Source of the DNA: an uncultured Gammaproteobacteria bacterium | GTDB taxonomy: Bacteria; Patescibacteriota; Microgenomatia; Levybacterales; GWA1-39-11 | Reading direction: 5' to 3' | NCBI GenBank assembly: GCA_964537315.1 | Contig: CAZIAP010000001.1 | Span: 379,926 to 443,925 of the forward strand | Length of the DNA: 64,000 nt | Shown here: positions 19,487 to 28,749 of the stretch, in pieces | Position numbering within the stretch: the first letter of the stretch is position 1 | Layout: each line of letters starts with the position of its first letter | Program-made: the position numbers and the translations under genes | The notes under the pieces: model-generated | The model's database searches: none | Told to the model about the DNA's origin: nothing | Seen by the model: only the letters and a program-made list of their open reading frames with translations

Positions 19487-20563
19487 ATGATCAGCCTTGC
19501 ACAAATCACCCGAGAAACACGAACTATTAGTAAGTTCGGAGCAATAGCGTTAGCAGCTATACTTTTTTTATTCTTTTCTTTTAAAGTAGTTGTGTTTATA
19601 ATAGGTCGCTTGAACCCGCCACAAGTTGCGCCTCCTGATATGAAGTACGGAGAATTAGTTTCAACTCTGCCGATTCAAACTCAAAAGCCGTCATATTCTT
19701 ATCAAGCCAATACATTAACTGGATCACTTCCAAACTTTCCGTCACGACTTAGAGTATATAAAACCTTGAAACCCGAACCGGATTTATTGACACTCCAAAA
19801 AACACGTGACACCGTAGATAACCTAGGTTACGACTTGAATACAGAGATTCTGGTACAACCAAGTGAATATCGTTGGACCAATGCTGCAGGCGGTACTATA
19901 ACATATAATACATTGCACAAAAATTTTAGCCTCACATCAGGAATCCCTTTAGATGATCCTAACTACAGGTTAGGAGATAAAAAAGCAATAGTCTTAAAGA
20001 TTATGTCATTTGTACAATCTCTCGGAGCATCGACTACAGGAATAGACCAAAGTGATGAAAGTGTACAAGTTGAGTATTACAGATCAGATGGTATTAACTT
20101 GATTCCCGAAGAAGCATCAAGAGCATATCTGGCTCAAGTTAACTTGTACCAAAATAAAGTTAAAGTTGATCCTTTTACTTACAGAGGTACTCAAAATGTA
20201 CTAGTAGAAACTCTACCTATATATTATGAAGACCAGGAAAAATCGAATCAAACATTTCTAGTTAAAGCTGCATCCAAAAATACAGAGATAATTACTGGAG
20301 TGTATATGCACTTTCCTGTTGATACTACTGACTACGGGATCTATCCGATTAAGTCTTCTGAAGAAGCATTCGAAGATCTAAAGAACGGGAATGCATATAT
20401 ACTAAGTAATAGCGAGCAAGGAACCATTAGCATTACAGATGTACAACTAGGATACTTTATTCCTAAGTCATATACGGAATATGTGATGCCTATTTTTGTT
20501 TTTTCAGGCACAGATTTTCTTGCTTACGTTAATGCGGTTGGCGAATATACCCCATCAAACTAA
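19487..20563 (+). CDS. hypothetical membrane-anchored extracytoplasmic protein
   Basis: 358-aa ORF with one N-terminal TM helix. Confidence 0.7.
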   Translation: MISLAQITRETRTISKFGAIALAAILFLFFSFKVVVFIIGRLNPPQVAPPDMKYGELVSTLPIQTQKPSYSYQANTLTGSLPNFPSRLRVYKTLKPEPDLLTLQKTRDTVDNLGYDLNTEILVQPSEYRWTNAAGGTITYNTLHKNFSLTSGIPLDDPNYRLGDKKAIVLKIMSFVQSLGASTTGIDQSDESVQVEYYRSDGINLIPEEASRAYLAQVNLYQNKVKVDPFTYRGTQNVLVETLPIYYEDQEKSNQTFLVKAASKNTEIITGVYMHFPVDTTDYGIYPIKSSEEAFEDLKNGNAYILSNSEQGTISITDVQLGYFIPKSYTEYVMPIFVFSGTDFLAYVNAVGEYTPSN

Positions 20564-21585
20564 AAGGATTCTAACTGGACTTTCTTTACAATTTCATTGA
20601 GAATTTGCTCAGTATCATAAAATCTGTCATCACTTTTTAGTACTACAATCATATATGTTTTCCCTTTTGACTCAAATGAAGTAACCAATACTTGACCGGC
20701 TTCATACGTATATCCTGTCTTAACTCCGAAAACTCCTTGGTTAAAGAGTAAACGGTTTAAATTCTCCAGTCTATGTTCGTAGGTGAACGTTTTATCGTAA
20801 ACAGTTATATATTTTGTCTCAACTATTTTTTTTAACTCAGAATTTTGAATTGCAAATACAGCAAGCCGCGCCAGATCAAATGCTGTCGAGTAGTTTCCAT
20901 CTTCTAATCCTGCAGGATCAACAAATTTTGTATTAGACAAACGAAGTTCTGCTGCTTTCTCGTTCATTCTTTTTACAAATGCCTCCTTACCTCCAGGATA
21001 ATGTACTGCCAGTACATGAGCAGCGTCATTACCTGATGGAAGCATCAAACCATATAGCAAATCTACTACTCGTATCTGCTCACCTTCAATAAGTCCCATT
21101 TTTGAGCCTAATACTCCGCTAACTCCATCGGCAGATAAGTATTGATCGAGTTCATATGTCTCAAGAGCGATTAAAGCAGTCATAATTTTGGTAGTTGATG
21201 CAGGAGAGAAGCGGAGTGAGCTATTTTTTTCAAATACAACAACTCTTGAGTCTTTTTCATAGACAATCAACGAATCAGCACTAACTCTGAGTTCTGGACT
21301 CATTTGAAGTATAGGCAAATCTGGTACATTAATATCCTTAAATGAGTTTGTCTGGAGTTGGTTGCTCATCTGTCCGACGAGATAAATTATACCTATCCCA
21401 AGCAGTAAATTTAGTATTGTTACTGAGGCAATAATCCAGAAAAATTGTTTTTTGAGAGCAGAAAAGTACTCAGTGAGATTTGCTAGTTTTGATTTTGGGA
21501 GATGAACAACATTCTCGATCTGAGAGAAGTTTTTTTTATTACCCTGTTTTTTCTTTTTTTTCTTCTTTTTTTGAGAGTCTTTCAT
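20560..21585 (-). CDS. D-alanyl-D-alanine carboxypeptidase (peptidase S11)
   Basis: SxxK 'ASTTK', 'SGN', 'KTG', TM anchor; start uncertain, overlaps the aspS 3' end. Confidence 0.9.
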   Translation of the reverse strand: MKDSQKKKKKKKKQGNKKNFSQIENVVHLPKSKLANLTEYFSALKKQFFWIIASVTILNLLLGIGIIYLVGQMSNQLQTNSFKDINVPDLPILQMSPELRVSADSLIVYEKDSRVVVFEKNSSLRFSPASTTKIMTALIALETYELDQYLSADGVSGVLGSKMGLIEGEQIRVVDLLYGLMLPSGNDAAHVLAVHYPGGKEAFVKRMNEKAAELRLSNTKFVDPAGLEDGNYSTAFDLARLAVFAIQNSELKKIVETKYITVYDKTFTYEHRLENLNRLLFNQGVFGVKTGYTYEAGQVLVTSFESKGKTYMIVVLKSDDRFYDTEQILNEIVKKVQLESF

Positions 21586-22909
21586 CAACACGCTCCATAT
21601 CACGCGGGAATAATGACGCTTCACGTACATTCGCGAGATTAAGTAGTTTCATTGTAAGTCTTTCTAAACCAAATGAAAAGCCACCTTCCGGAGGCATTCC
21701 GTATTTGAATGCCATTAAGTACATGCCAAAGTTTTTTGGATCTACATCTTTTTTCTTCATAGCTTCAACGAGCATCTCGTAATCGTGAATACGCTGACTA
21801 CCACTCAAAATTTCCAGACCTCTGAAAAGCAAATCATAAGACAGACTATATTCAGGATCAGCTGGGTCCGGCATGGTATAAAATGCTCTCTTTTTTGTAG
21901 GAAAATGTGTGATAGTAACAAAATCAGACTTGTGTTCTTCTTTAGCCCAAGCACATATTTCTTTTTCATCCTCAGGATTTAAATCTAACTCATTGGTCAG
22001 ATCTCTACCCGTCCTATCTGAAACAATTTTTTGCGCCTCACGCAGTGTAAGACGTGGTACTTTCTTTGGTACTAATGGCATTTCAACGCCATACTCTTTT
22101 AAGACCTTTTCATACTTTTCTGAGGTATTTTTTATCATAGATGTACCCACAAACTCCAGTGCATCAAGAAGCTCATCAAATCCGTCAGTTGACGGATCAA
22201 TAAATCCTATTTCAATATCCATCTGTGTTGCTTCAGACAAATGGCGGGTAGTAACTGATGGTTCCGCCCGATATGCCTTGGCAATCGTGAATACCCGCTC
22301 TAGTACTCCAACCATAATCTGTTTATAAAGCTGAGGACTCTGAGTCATAAACGCTTTGTTACCATAGTAATCAACAGAAAACACTTCTGAGCCGCCTTCT
22401 GTTGCGCCCGCTGCAATTGTAGGTACGAAAATCTCGGTACAGTTAAGTTCTTTTGCAGCTTTTCTAAATTCTTCTGCAAGTGTTGCCTGTACCTTAAAAA
22501 TCATCTGAACTTTAGGGTGTTTTAACGTAAGAGATCGATAGTCAAGAAGCGTAGGCAATTCTACAACGAGGTCTTTTCCTCCCATATCAAATGGCATAGT
22601 ATCGGAATGAGAAATAACAGAAAGCTCCTGTAGCTCAAGTTCAACTGTCCCTGTATCCATATCAGGATTTATATATTTTTCGTCTCTTTTTTTTACCAAT
22701 CCTACGACTGATACTGCATCCATAGGGTTAAGTGAGGCGATTTGAGATGCAAGTTCTTTACCAAACCCTCCTATCTGTAGAAGTCCTGTACGATCGCGAA
22801 GATCAAAGAAGGCGATTTTCCCATGACTTCTGATAGTCTGAACCCATCCGGATACTGTTATAGTCTTGCCGACATTATCTAATGCTTGTATAACTGGTGT
22901 GCGTTTCAT
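21539..22909 (-). CDS. aspS: aspartate--tRNA(Asp/Asn) ligase, archaeal type without GAD insert
   Basis: 'QSPQLYKQ', 'YRAEPSVTTRHLSE', 'GMPPEGGFSFGLERL', 'FPRD'; ATG 22909 lies behind TTGTCA-17-TAGAAT. Confidence 0.92.
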   Translation of the reverse strand: MKRTPVIQALDNVGKTITVSGWVQTIRSHGKIAFFDLRDRTGLLQIGGFGKELASQIASLNPMDAVSVVGLVKKRDEKYINPDMDTGTVELELQELSVISHSDTMPFDMGGKDLVVELPTLLDYRSLTLKHPKVQMIFKVQATLAEEFRKAAKELNCTEIFVPTIAAGATEGGSEVFSVDYYGNKAFMTQSPQLYKQIMVGVLERVFTIAKAYRAEPSVTTRHLSEATQMDIEIGFIDPSTDGFDELLDALEFVGTSMIKNTSEKYEKVLKEYGVEMPLVPKKVPRLTLREAQKIVSDRTGRDLTNELDLNPEDEKEICAWAKEEHKSDFVTITHFPTKKRAFYTMPDPADPEYSLSYDLLFRGLEILSGSQRIHDYEMLVEAMKKKDVDPKNFGMYLMAFKYGMPPEGGFSFGLERLTMKLLNLANVREASLFPRDMERVDERLSKKEEKKEKTG

Positions 22910-22948
22910 AAACGTTGCAATAATGTATTCTAACCGTAATTTAGCATA

Positions 22949-22977
22949 TTGACAAGTAGTATCAGATAGAGTATATT
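22949..22977 (+). promoter_or_regulatory. sigma70 promoter back-to-back with the aspS promoter
   Basis: TTGACA (22949-54), 17 nt, TATATT (22972-77); the same TTGACAA gives TTGTCA on the minus strand. Confidence 0.7.
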
Positions 22978-22987
22978 TTTTGTGGAT

Positions 22988-23041
22988 ATGAATTGCTGTG
23001 TGCGCCAAATTAATAATTCCCGTGATCTCAAGATGAGGTAG
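22988..23041 (+). CDS. putative leader peptide MNCCVRQINNSRDLKMR
   Basis: 17-codon ORF starting about 4 nt after the predicted TSS, ending at the 5' arm of an antiterminator. Confidence 0.4.
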   Translation: MNCCVRQINNSRDLKMR

Positions 23042-23073
23042 GGGATTTGTGTGCAAAGTAAGTAATTTTATAC

Positions 23074-23110
23074 AAATCTCCCACTTCAAAAGAAAAGGGA
23101 GATTTTTTTT
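23074..23110 (+). terminator. intrinsic terminator/attenuator upstream of ORF 23121
   Basis: AAATCTCCC...GGGAGATTT followed by T run (T8 in total). Confidence 0.7.
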
Positions 23111-23120
23111 ATGAAATAAT

Positions 23121-23720
23121 ATGAGAAATATAGAAGTTTTACAAACATACGATTATCAGGATAACTCTGGAGTTTCAGTATGGGAAAGTTCAGAACAAAT
23201 TCCATTTTTAGATCCTCAAAAAGCCGAGGAATTAGTCGACTCATTTCAGGATACTCCACACGTAAAATTCTGTTTAGATGGAACGTGTTTAAGAACGGGT
23301 AAAATTGACGGAGAGGTCGTACTATTCCCTTCGGAAAGCTCATATGTATCAAATGTAGAAACAATAATTCAAGAAACTCAAGCTGAAAATTTACCCAACA
23401 AATCACAAGAAGAAGCAAAGCGAAATGGAATTGAAAGATTTACAGACGTAATTCGTGATCCAGAACAACAAGATTTGCTTCGAAAAACAATTTTAGAATT
23501 AACATACGATTATGATAGAGCGCAGGATGTGCCACTTGGTGAAAGAATCGCAAAATTATACGAGATATCTGGAAAATTCGATAGACTCACCTGCCTCTCA
23601 GAAAAAAATGGTTCCATTACAGAAGATGAAAAAAATGAATACACTAAGCTATTAATAGATTGCTACAATATCACAAAAAAAGCTGAGGCTTTAGCTAGAC
23701 AAATTAAAACAGAAAGCTAA
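23121..23720 (+). CDS. hypothetical protein (acidic, helical C-terminus)
   Basis: 199-aa ORF filling the gap; no recognised motif. Confidence 0.65.
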   Translation: MRNIEVLQTYDYQDNSGVSVWESSEQIPFLDPQKAEELVDSFQDTPHVKFCLDGTCLRTGKIDGEVVLFPSESSYVSNVETIIQETQAENLPNKSQEEAKRNGIERFTDVIRDPEQQDLLRKTILELTYDYDRAQDVPLGERIAKLYEISGKFDRLTCLSEKNGSITEDEKNEYTKLLIDCYNITKKAEALARQIKTES

Positions 23721-23723
23721 AAT

Positions 23724-25379
23724 TCAATGAATATCTTTAATTCGAAGTTCTACCTTACTTCGTCCATTCCAAGTGTTGAGGGATATTGAATATAAAATAT
23801 CAATCGTATCACCCACTTTTCCATCAAAATTAGTTCCGAAACCAAAGGCTAATGCTTCTAAGAAATTCCCATCATGTTCAAGTAAAAACTTGAGATGTTT
23901 ACCTTCTTTACCTAAAATTCTTATATCTTTTATAACTACCTGCTTCGTGATAAATGTTGGTTCCGGGTTTGAAATACCGAAGGGAGAAAACTTCTGTATC
24001 AGTTTGTACAAATCGTAAGAGATAAAACTAAAATCCATCTCCATATCTGCTCTAATTGTTCTCTGCAAAAGAGAATCAGTAATTTTCTGCTCACAAGTAT
24101 CCATCAAAGCTTTCGAAAACATATCGATCTTGTCTGTTTCTATCGTAAATCCGGCAGCCATCTCATGCCCCCCCACATGAACAAGGTGATCAGAGACCGA
24201 TCTAAGTAGTGTTACTATATCTACGCCTTGAATCGAACGTGCTGATCCTTTCGATAGTCCATTGTCTCCAATTGAAATCACAATACTCGGTCTGTAATAT
24301 GACTCTGTAAGCTTTGAAGCAATAAGACCGATCACTCCCTGATTGTATGACTGATCGGCTGCAATCAGAATTTTTTTAATATCTCCATTGGTATATAAAG
24401 ATTTTGCGTGATTTACTAAATCAGTTGTAATAAGCCGTCGATCTTCATTTGTCCCAGATAATTTTTTGGCCAGCATTTTTGCTCTAATTCTGTCCATCGT
24501 ACAAAGCAATCGTAAACTATCCATAGCAGAATCCAGCCTCCCGGTAGCATTTAGACGTGGTGCGATCATAAAGCCTACGTGATAGACATCAAGTGACTGA
24601 AGATCAATTTTTGCGTCTGTAAACAGCTCTAAAAGTCCTAATCTTTCTGTTTTACGCAATGCTTGCAGACCATATTTTACCAATACTCTATTTTCGTCAC
24701 GTAATGGCATGCAATCAGCTACAGTTGCCAACGCAACAAGCTCAAGATGCTTCTCATCGTCGATTTTCTTTCCTGATATCGCTTTTGAAAAAGCATATGC
24801 GACACCTGCACCACACACAGCAGGAGTATGTATTATCACAGCAGCATCCGGTAATTTGTCACCTTTTGTGTGATGGTCAGTCACTATTACGGTTATTCCT
24901 TTTTCTTTTGCGTAGGTAATCGCTTCTATAGCAGATATTCCATTATCAACGGTAATAATAAGTCCGGTATCAGGATATTTTTCTAGAATGTTGTCGATGC
25001 CAACGATAGACAATCCGTATCCTTCATCTACTCGATGAGGGATGTAAGGAACAGATTTTTTATATTTACTGTACAGAGTTTCCCAAAGTATAGCTGCCGC
25101 ACATACCCCATCTACATCATAGTCACCATAAACTACAATAGTTTTATCTTGCTTTTTAACATCAGAAATAATCTCCTTTGCTTTTTTTACCTCTGATTTT
25201 TCTACCCCTAGTTTATCTAACTCAATATTTTCTAAAACAGGGTATAGAAATTTTTCAATCGCCTCTTTTGTCTCAATTTTTCTATTCTGAAGTAATATCG
25301 CGGTGATGGTCTGAAAATCTAAAGCTTTATTTTTATCTGATTCTTCTTGCGGAGAATATAAAATGTCCCACTGTTTCAT
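23724..25379 (-). CDS. recJ: ssDNA exonuclease RecJ
   Basis: 'GDYDVDG', 'TVDNG', 'TDHH', 'GGHEMAAG'. Confidence 0.96.
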   Translation of the reverse strand: MKQWDILYSPQEESDKNKALDFQTITAILLQNRKIETKEAIEKFLYPVLENIELDKLGVEKSEVKKAKEIISDVKKQDKTIVVYGDYDVDGVCAAAILWETLYSKYKKSVPYIPHRVDEGYGLSIVGIDNILEKYPDTGLIITVDNGISAIEAITYAKEKGITVIVTDHHTKGDKLPDAAVIIHTPAVCGAGVAYAFSKAISGKKIDDEKHLELVALATVADCMPLRDENRVLVKYGLQALRKTERLGLLELFTDAKIDLQSLDVYHVGFMIAPRLNATGRLDSAMDSLRLLCTMDRIRAKMLAKKLSGTNEDRRLITTDLVNHAKSLYTNGDIKKILIAADQSYNQGVIGLIASKLTESYYRPSIVISIGDNGLSKGSARSIQGVDIVTLLRSVSDHLVHVGGHEMAAGFTIETDKIDMFSKALMDTCEQKITDSLLQRTIRADMEMDFSFISYDLYKLIQKFSPFGISNPEPTFITKQVVIKDIRILGKEGKHLKFLLEHDGNFLEALAFGFGTNFDGKVGDTIDILYSISLNTWNGRSKVELRIKDIH

Positions 25380-25458
25380 GATATACTTTCAATAAATCGG
25401 TTCTCGATTTACCATTATAAAATTTAAAAACTCAAACTAAAGTGTATTAAATATTATC

Positions 25459-26832
25459 ATGAATACTGAGGTTCCACAAACTGTATCGCAGCTATATAAA
25501 AAACTTGAAAATAAAGGATACTCCGTACATCTGGTGGGTGGGTGTGTTCGAAATATTCTCATGGACATACCTGTAAAAGATTGGGATTTATCTACCAATG
25601 CTACACCGGAGCAGATACAAGAGTTATTTCCGGATTCATATTATGAAAATAAATTTGGCACAGTTAAAATCCCTATGAATGATGAAAAAAAGGATTTTAT
25701 AGAGCTGACAACATACCGCACAGAGTCAGGCTATAAAGATCACCGTCACCCTACTGAAGTTACGTGGGGAAAAACAATTGAAGAGGATCTTTCTCGACGG
25801 GATTTTACTTGCAATGCTATTGCACTAACGATTGTGAATGGAAAGTTGGATATCGAGAATATAATAGACCCTTACAATGGACTTGATGATATAAAAAACA
25901 AAGTAATTCGTACTGTTGGAAACGCAGATGAAAGATTTAAAGAGGATGCACTACGCCTCATGCGAGCAATTCGATTTGCTGTACAACTTTCTTTTAAGAT
26001 TACTGAGAATACCTGGGACGGAATCAGGCAAAACTCAGAGCTTATAAAAAACGTCTCCTGGGAGAGAATTCGTGATGAGTTATTAAAAATACTGGCAAGC
26101 GATAATCCTGATGAAGGGGTAAAACTTCTTGACGAGGCAGGCTTGTTGTCATATATAATCCCTGAGCTTGGAAAAGGAAAAGGTCTATCTCAAGAACGAC
26201 CGGGAAGACACCACGTACATGATGTCTATACTCATAATCTTCTTACGTTAAAGCACACTCCTTCAAAAGACCCTATTGTCCGGCTTGCAGCTCTTCTTCA
26301 TGATGTGGGAAAACCTTATGTAGCAAACCAAGATGAGGAAGGTTTGATTATCTTTCACAATCATGAAGTTGTGGGAGCTAAAGTAGCAAATGAAATTACG
26401 GACAGGCTACGATTAACAAAAAAGCAGAGAGAAAAAATATTTAAGCTAATTCGATGGCATATGTTTTCTGTAGACGAAACAGTAACTGATCACGCTGTTC
26501 GTAAATTTTTACGTCGTGTTGGAGTAGAAAATGTAAGCGATATGATTGATTTACGAATTGGAGATAGACTGGGTAGTGGTACTCAAACTGCAGAAAGTTG
26601 GCGTCTAAAAAGATTTAAAGATATGATCGAGAAAGAACTCAACCCTCCTTTTTCAATCAATGACTTAGCAATTGATGGCAATGACATAATGCAGGAACTT
26701 AATTTAAAACCAGGGAAGAAAATTGGTTATATACTTCAAAAACTATTTGAAGAGACCGACTTAGATCTCTCAAAAAATAATCGTGACTATTTGATAAAAC
26801 GTATCCATGAGATTCACAACAATAATGAATAA
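25459..26832 (+). CDS. cca: CCA tRNA nucleotidyltransferase with HD domain
   Basis: 'VGGCVR', 'DWDL', 'RRDFT.NA', 'EDALR', 'LLHDVGK'. Confidence 0.92.
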   Translation: MNTEVPQTVSQLYKKLENKGYSVHLVGGCVRNILMDIPVKDWDLSTNATPEQIQELFPDSYYENKFGTVKIPMNDEKKDFIELTTYRTESGYKDHRHPTEVTWGKTIEEDLSRRDFTCNAIALTIVNGKLDIENIIDPYNGLDDIKNKVIRTVGNADERFKEDALRLMRAIRFAVQLSFKITENTWDGIRQNSELIKNVSWERIRDELLKILASDNPDEGVKLLDEAGLLSYIIPELGKGKGLSQERPGRHHVHDVYTHNLLTLKHTPSKDPIVRLAALLHDVGKPYVANQDEEGLIIFHNHEVVGAKVANEITDRLRLTKKQREKIFKLIRWHMFSVDETVTDHAVRKFLRRVGVENVSDMIDLRIGDRLGSGTQTAESWRLKRFKDMIEKELNPPFSINDLAIDGNDIMQELNLKPGKKIGYILQKLFEETDLDLSKNNRDYLIKRIHEIHNNNE

Positions 26833-26845
26833 CATAAATAATAAT

Positions 26846-26875
26846 CTTGACTCGATGTATTAATACATCAATACA
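26846..26875. promoter_or_regulatory. palindrome copy 1, upstream of trpR-like gene
   Basis: CTTGACTC-GATGTATTAATACATC-AATACA, ending 3 nt before the ATG. Confidence 0.75.
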
Positions 26876-26878
26876 TAT

Positions 26879-27319
26879 ATGTCACAAATCTCAAAAAGAT
26901 ATATCTCAAAAGATGTATCGGATCGAATTTTTGATTTATTCATCAAAACTCTTCTCAATGTAAAAAATAGAAATGTAGCTGAGAATTTTACACGCGATCT
27001 ATTTTCATCTACAGAACAAATAATGATCACAAAAAGACTGAGTATTGCATTACTACTAGAAAAGGGATACGACCAAAGAACAATTTCTGAGATACTAAAA
27101 GTTAGCACTTCAACTGTCTCTCACATTAACAATACCGTCAAAAATAGTTCAGATGAGTATAAACAGTTAATTAAAGAACTATTAAGTGAGGAGTCAATTA
27201 CTGACTTTCTACATTCCATTGCTCTGCTTATTGTAGAACTTCCTAGCAAAGGAGGAGAAGGATCAGGAGTATGGAGAGCAACAAAGAAAAAGCTTGAAAA
27301 AGAAAAGAACCCATTTTAA
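26879..27319 (+). CDS. TrpR-like (YerC/YecD) HTH protein
   Basis: 'DLFSSTEQIMITKRLSIALLLEKGYDQRTISEILKVSTSTVSHI'. Confidence 0.85.
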   Translation: MSQISKRYISKDVSDRIFDLFIKTLLNVKNRNVAENFTRDLFSSTEQIMITKRLSIALLLEKGYDQRTISEILKVSTSTVSHINNTVKNSSDEYKQLIKELLSEESITDFLHSIALLIVELPSKGGEGSGVWRATKKKLEKEKNPF

Positions 27320-27324
27320 CGCCT

Positions 27325-27352
27325 TGATTCGATGTATTAATACATCGAATCA
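27325..27352. repeat. palindrome copy 2 (perfect 28 bp), downstream of trpR-like gene
   Basis: TGATTCGATGTATT|AATACATCGAATCA. Confidence 0.85.
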
Positions 27353-27398
27353 TGACTAACTTTATTAATGAAAAATTAAATAGTGTATAATACTAGAT

Positions 27399-27848
27399 AT
27401 GTTAAAAGATAAAATACACGAAGATTTAAAGGCTGCAATGATTGCAAAAGATGAGCAAAAACTCTCTGTAATTCGTATGCTGAAAAGCGCTGTTCAGTAT
27501 TATGAAATAAACAAAGGTGGAGCGGGATATTCTGCGACAGACGATGATATTATTGAAGTAATTGGAAAAGAAATAAAAAAACGCCGAGAGTCAATCGAGC
27601 TATATGAAAAAGGCGGTCGTCCGGAGCTTGCTGAAAAAGAACAACAAGAACTCGATGTATTACAAACATACTTACCTGAACAATTATCAGAAGATGAAAT
27701 AAAAACACTAGTAGATGAAGCGATTTCTCAAACCGGTGCTACAGAAATGAAGGATATGGGAAGGGTAATGGGAGCACTTATGCCAAAAGTAAAAGGGAAA
27801 GCTGATAACAGCATAGTCAGCTCTCTAGTCCGTGAAAAACTGTCTTAA
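27399..27848 (+). CDS. yqeY: GatB/YqeY domain protein
   Basis: 'KEIKKRRESIELYEKGGRPELAEKE', 'YLPEQLSE', 'MGRVMGAL'. Confidence 0.93.
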   Translation: MLKDKIHEDLKAAMIAKDEQKLSVIRMLKSAVQYYEINKGGAGYSATDDDIIEVIGKEIKKRRESIELYEKGGRPELAEKEQQELDVLQTYLPEQLSEDEIKTLVDEAISQTGATEMKDMGRVMGALMPKVKGKADNSIVSSLVREKLS

Positions 27849-28747
27849 CTGTTTATCTTTTTCTTCCTCTTCTGATCCCAATTATTCCAAGTGACGAGTA
27901 ACTGAGAAGCGTTAAATATTGATGAATACGTTCCAACTAAAATTCCAAGAAAAAGCGCAAGAATAAACCACTGCAGTGAACCTTGACTAAAAAGAAGTAA
28001 CGTGAACAAAACTAATAAAGTACTTATGGAGGTATTTAGCGATCTAATAAGCGTATCCAATAAGGATTTATTAACCACTTCCTCATACTGAAGCTTTAGA
28101 TCATTTTTAATATTTTCCCTGATTCTATCGAACACAACTATCGTATCATGTACAGAAAATCCAATAGTAGTCAGTAATGCTGTAATAAATAATGCATCTA
28201 CTTCAACATTGAAAAACACTCCCAATAATGAAAAGATACCCAGAATGAAAAAAACATCATGTAAAATTCCTACTACAGCAACTGTCCCATACTTCCATGA
28301 GGCAAGTGGTTTTGAAACTTCACGGAATACATAAGCGATGTAGGCAGTAATTGCTGCAGAGGCGATTAAAACAGCAAAAAATGCGTTTCTAGTAGTCTCA
28401 GATCCGATTGTCGACCCAACAGTTTCGAAATTAATTGCACGAGCACTCTCATCATTTTCTTGGACTGCTGCGACTATTTGATCATTGACTTTTTGAGATA
28501 TTGGTTCTGTCCTTATAATGTAGGAGTTTCTATCTGTTTCGTCTATTGTGATCACATTTGCGTGCTCACTCACAATATTTTCTAACTCTTCTCGAGATAC
28601 TTTATCAATTCCTGCCAATTCCAGTCTTGATCCACCTGTAAAGTCTATACCTAACTGCAAACCGTTAAAGATAAGAGAAATAAACCCAGGGATAAGCATT
28701 ACTGCTGAGATGATATAAAATAGTTTTCTTCTGGCAACAATATTCAT
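27845..28747 (-). CDS. secF: protein translocase subunit SecF
   Basis: 'LGIDFTGGS', 'GFSVHDTIVVFDRIRE', 'GTYSSIF'. Confidence 0.96.
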   Translation of the reverse strand: MNIVARRKLFYIISAVMLIPGFISLIFNGLQLGIDFTGGSRLELAGIDKVSREELENIVSEHANVITIDETDRNSYIIRTEPISQKVNDQIVAAVQENDESARAINFETVGSTIGSETTRNAFFAVLIASAAITAYIAYVFREVSKPLASWKYGTVAVVGILHDVFFILGIFSLLGVFFNVEVDALFITALLTTIGFSVHDTIVVFDRIRENIKNDLKLQYEEVVNKSLLDTLIRSLNTSISTLLVLFTLLLFSQGSLQWFILALFLGILVGTYSSIFNASQLLVTWNNWDQKRKKKINS

Positions 28748-28749
28748 AA

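Noticed and set aside
22910-23089. 60-aa N-terminal extension of aspS
   Set aside because: Covers two promoters and the attenuator; similarity to AspRS begins at MKRTPV (22909).
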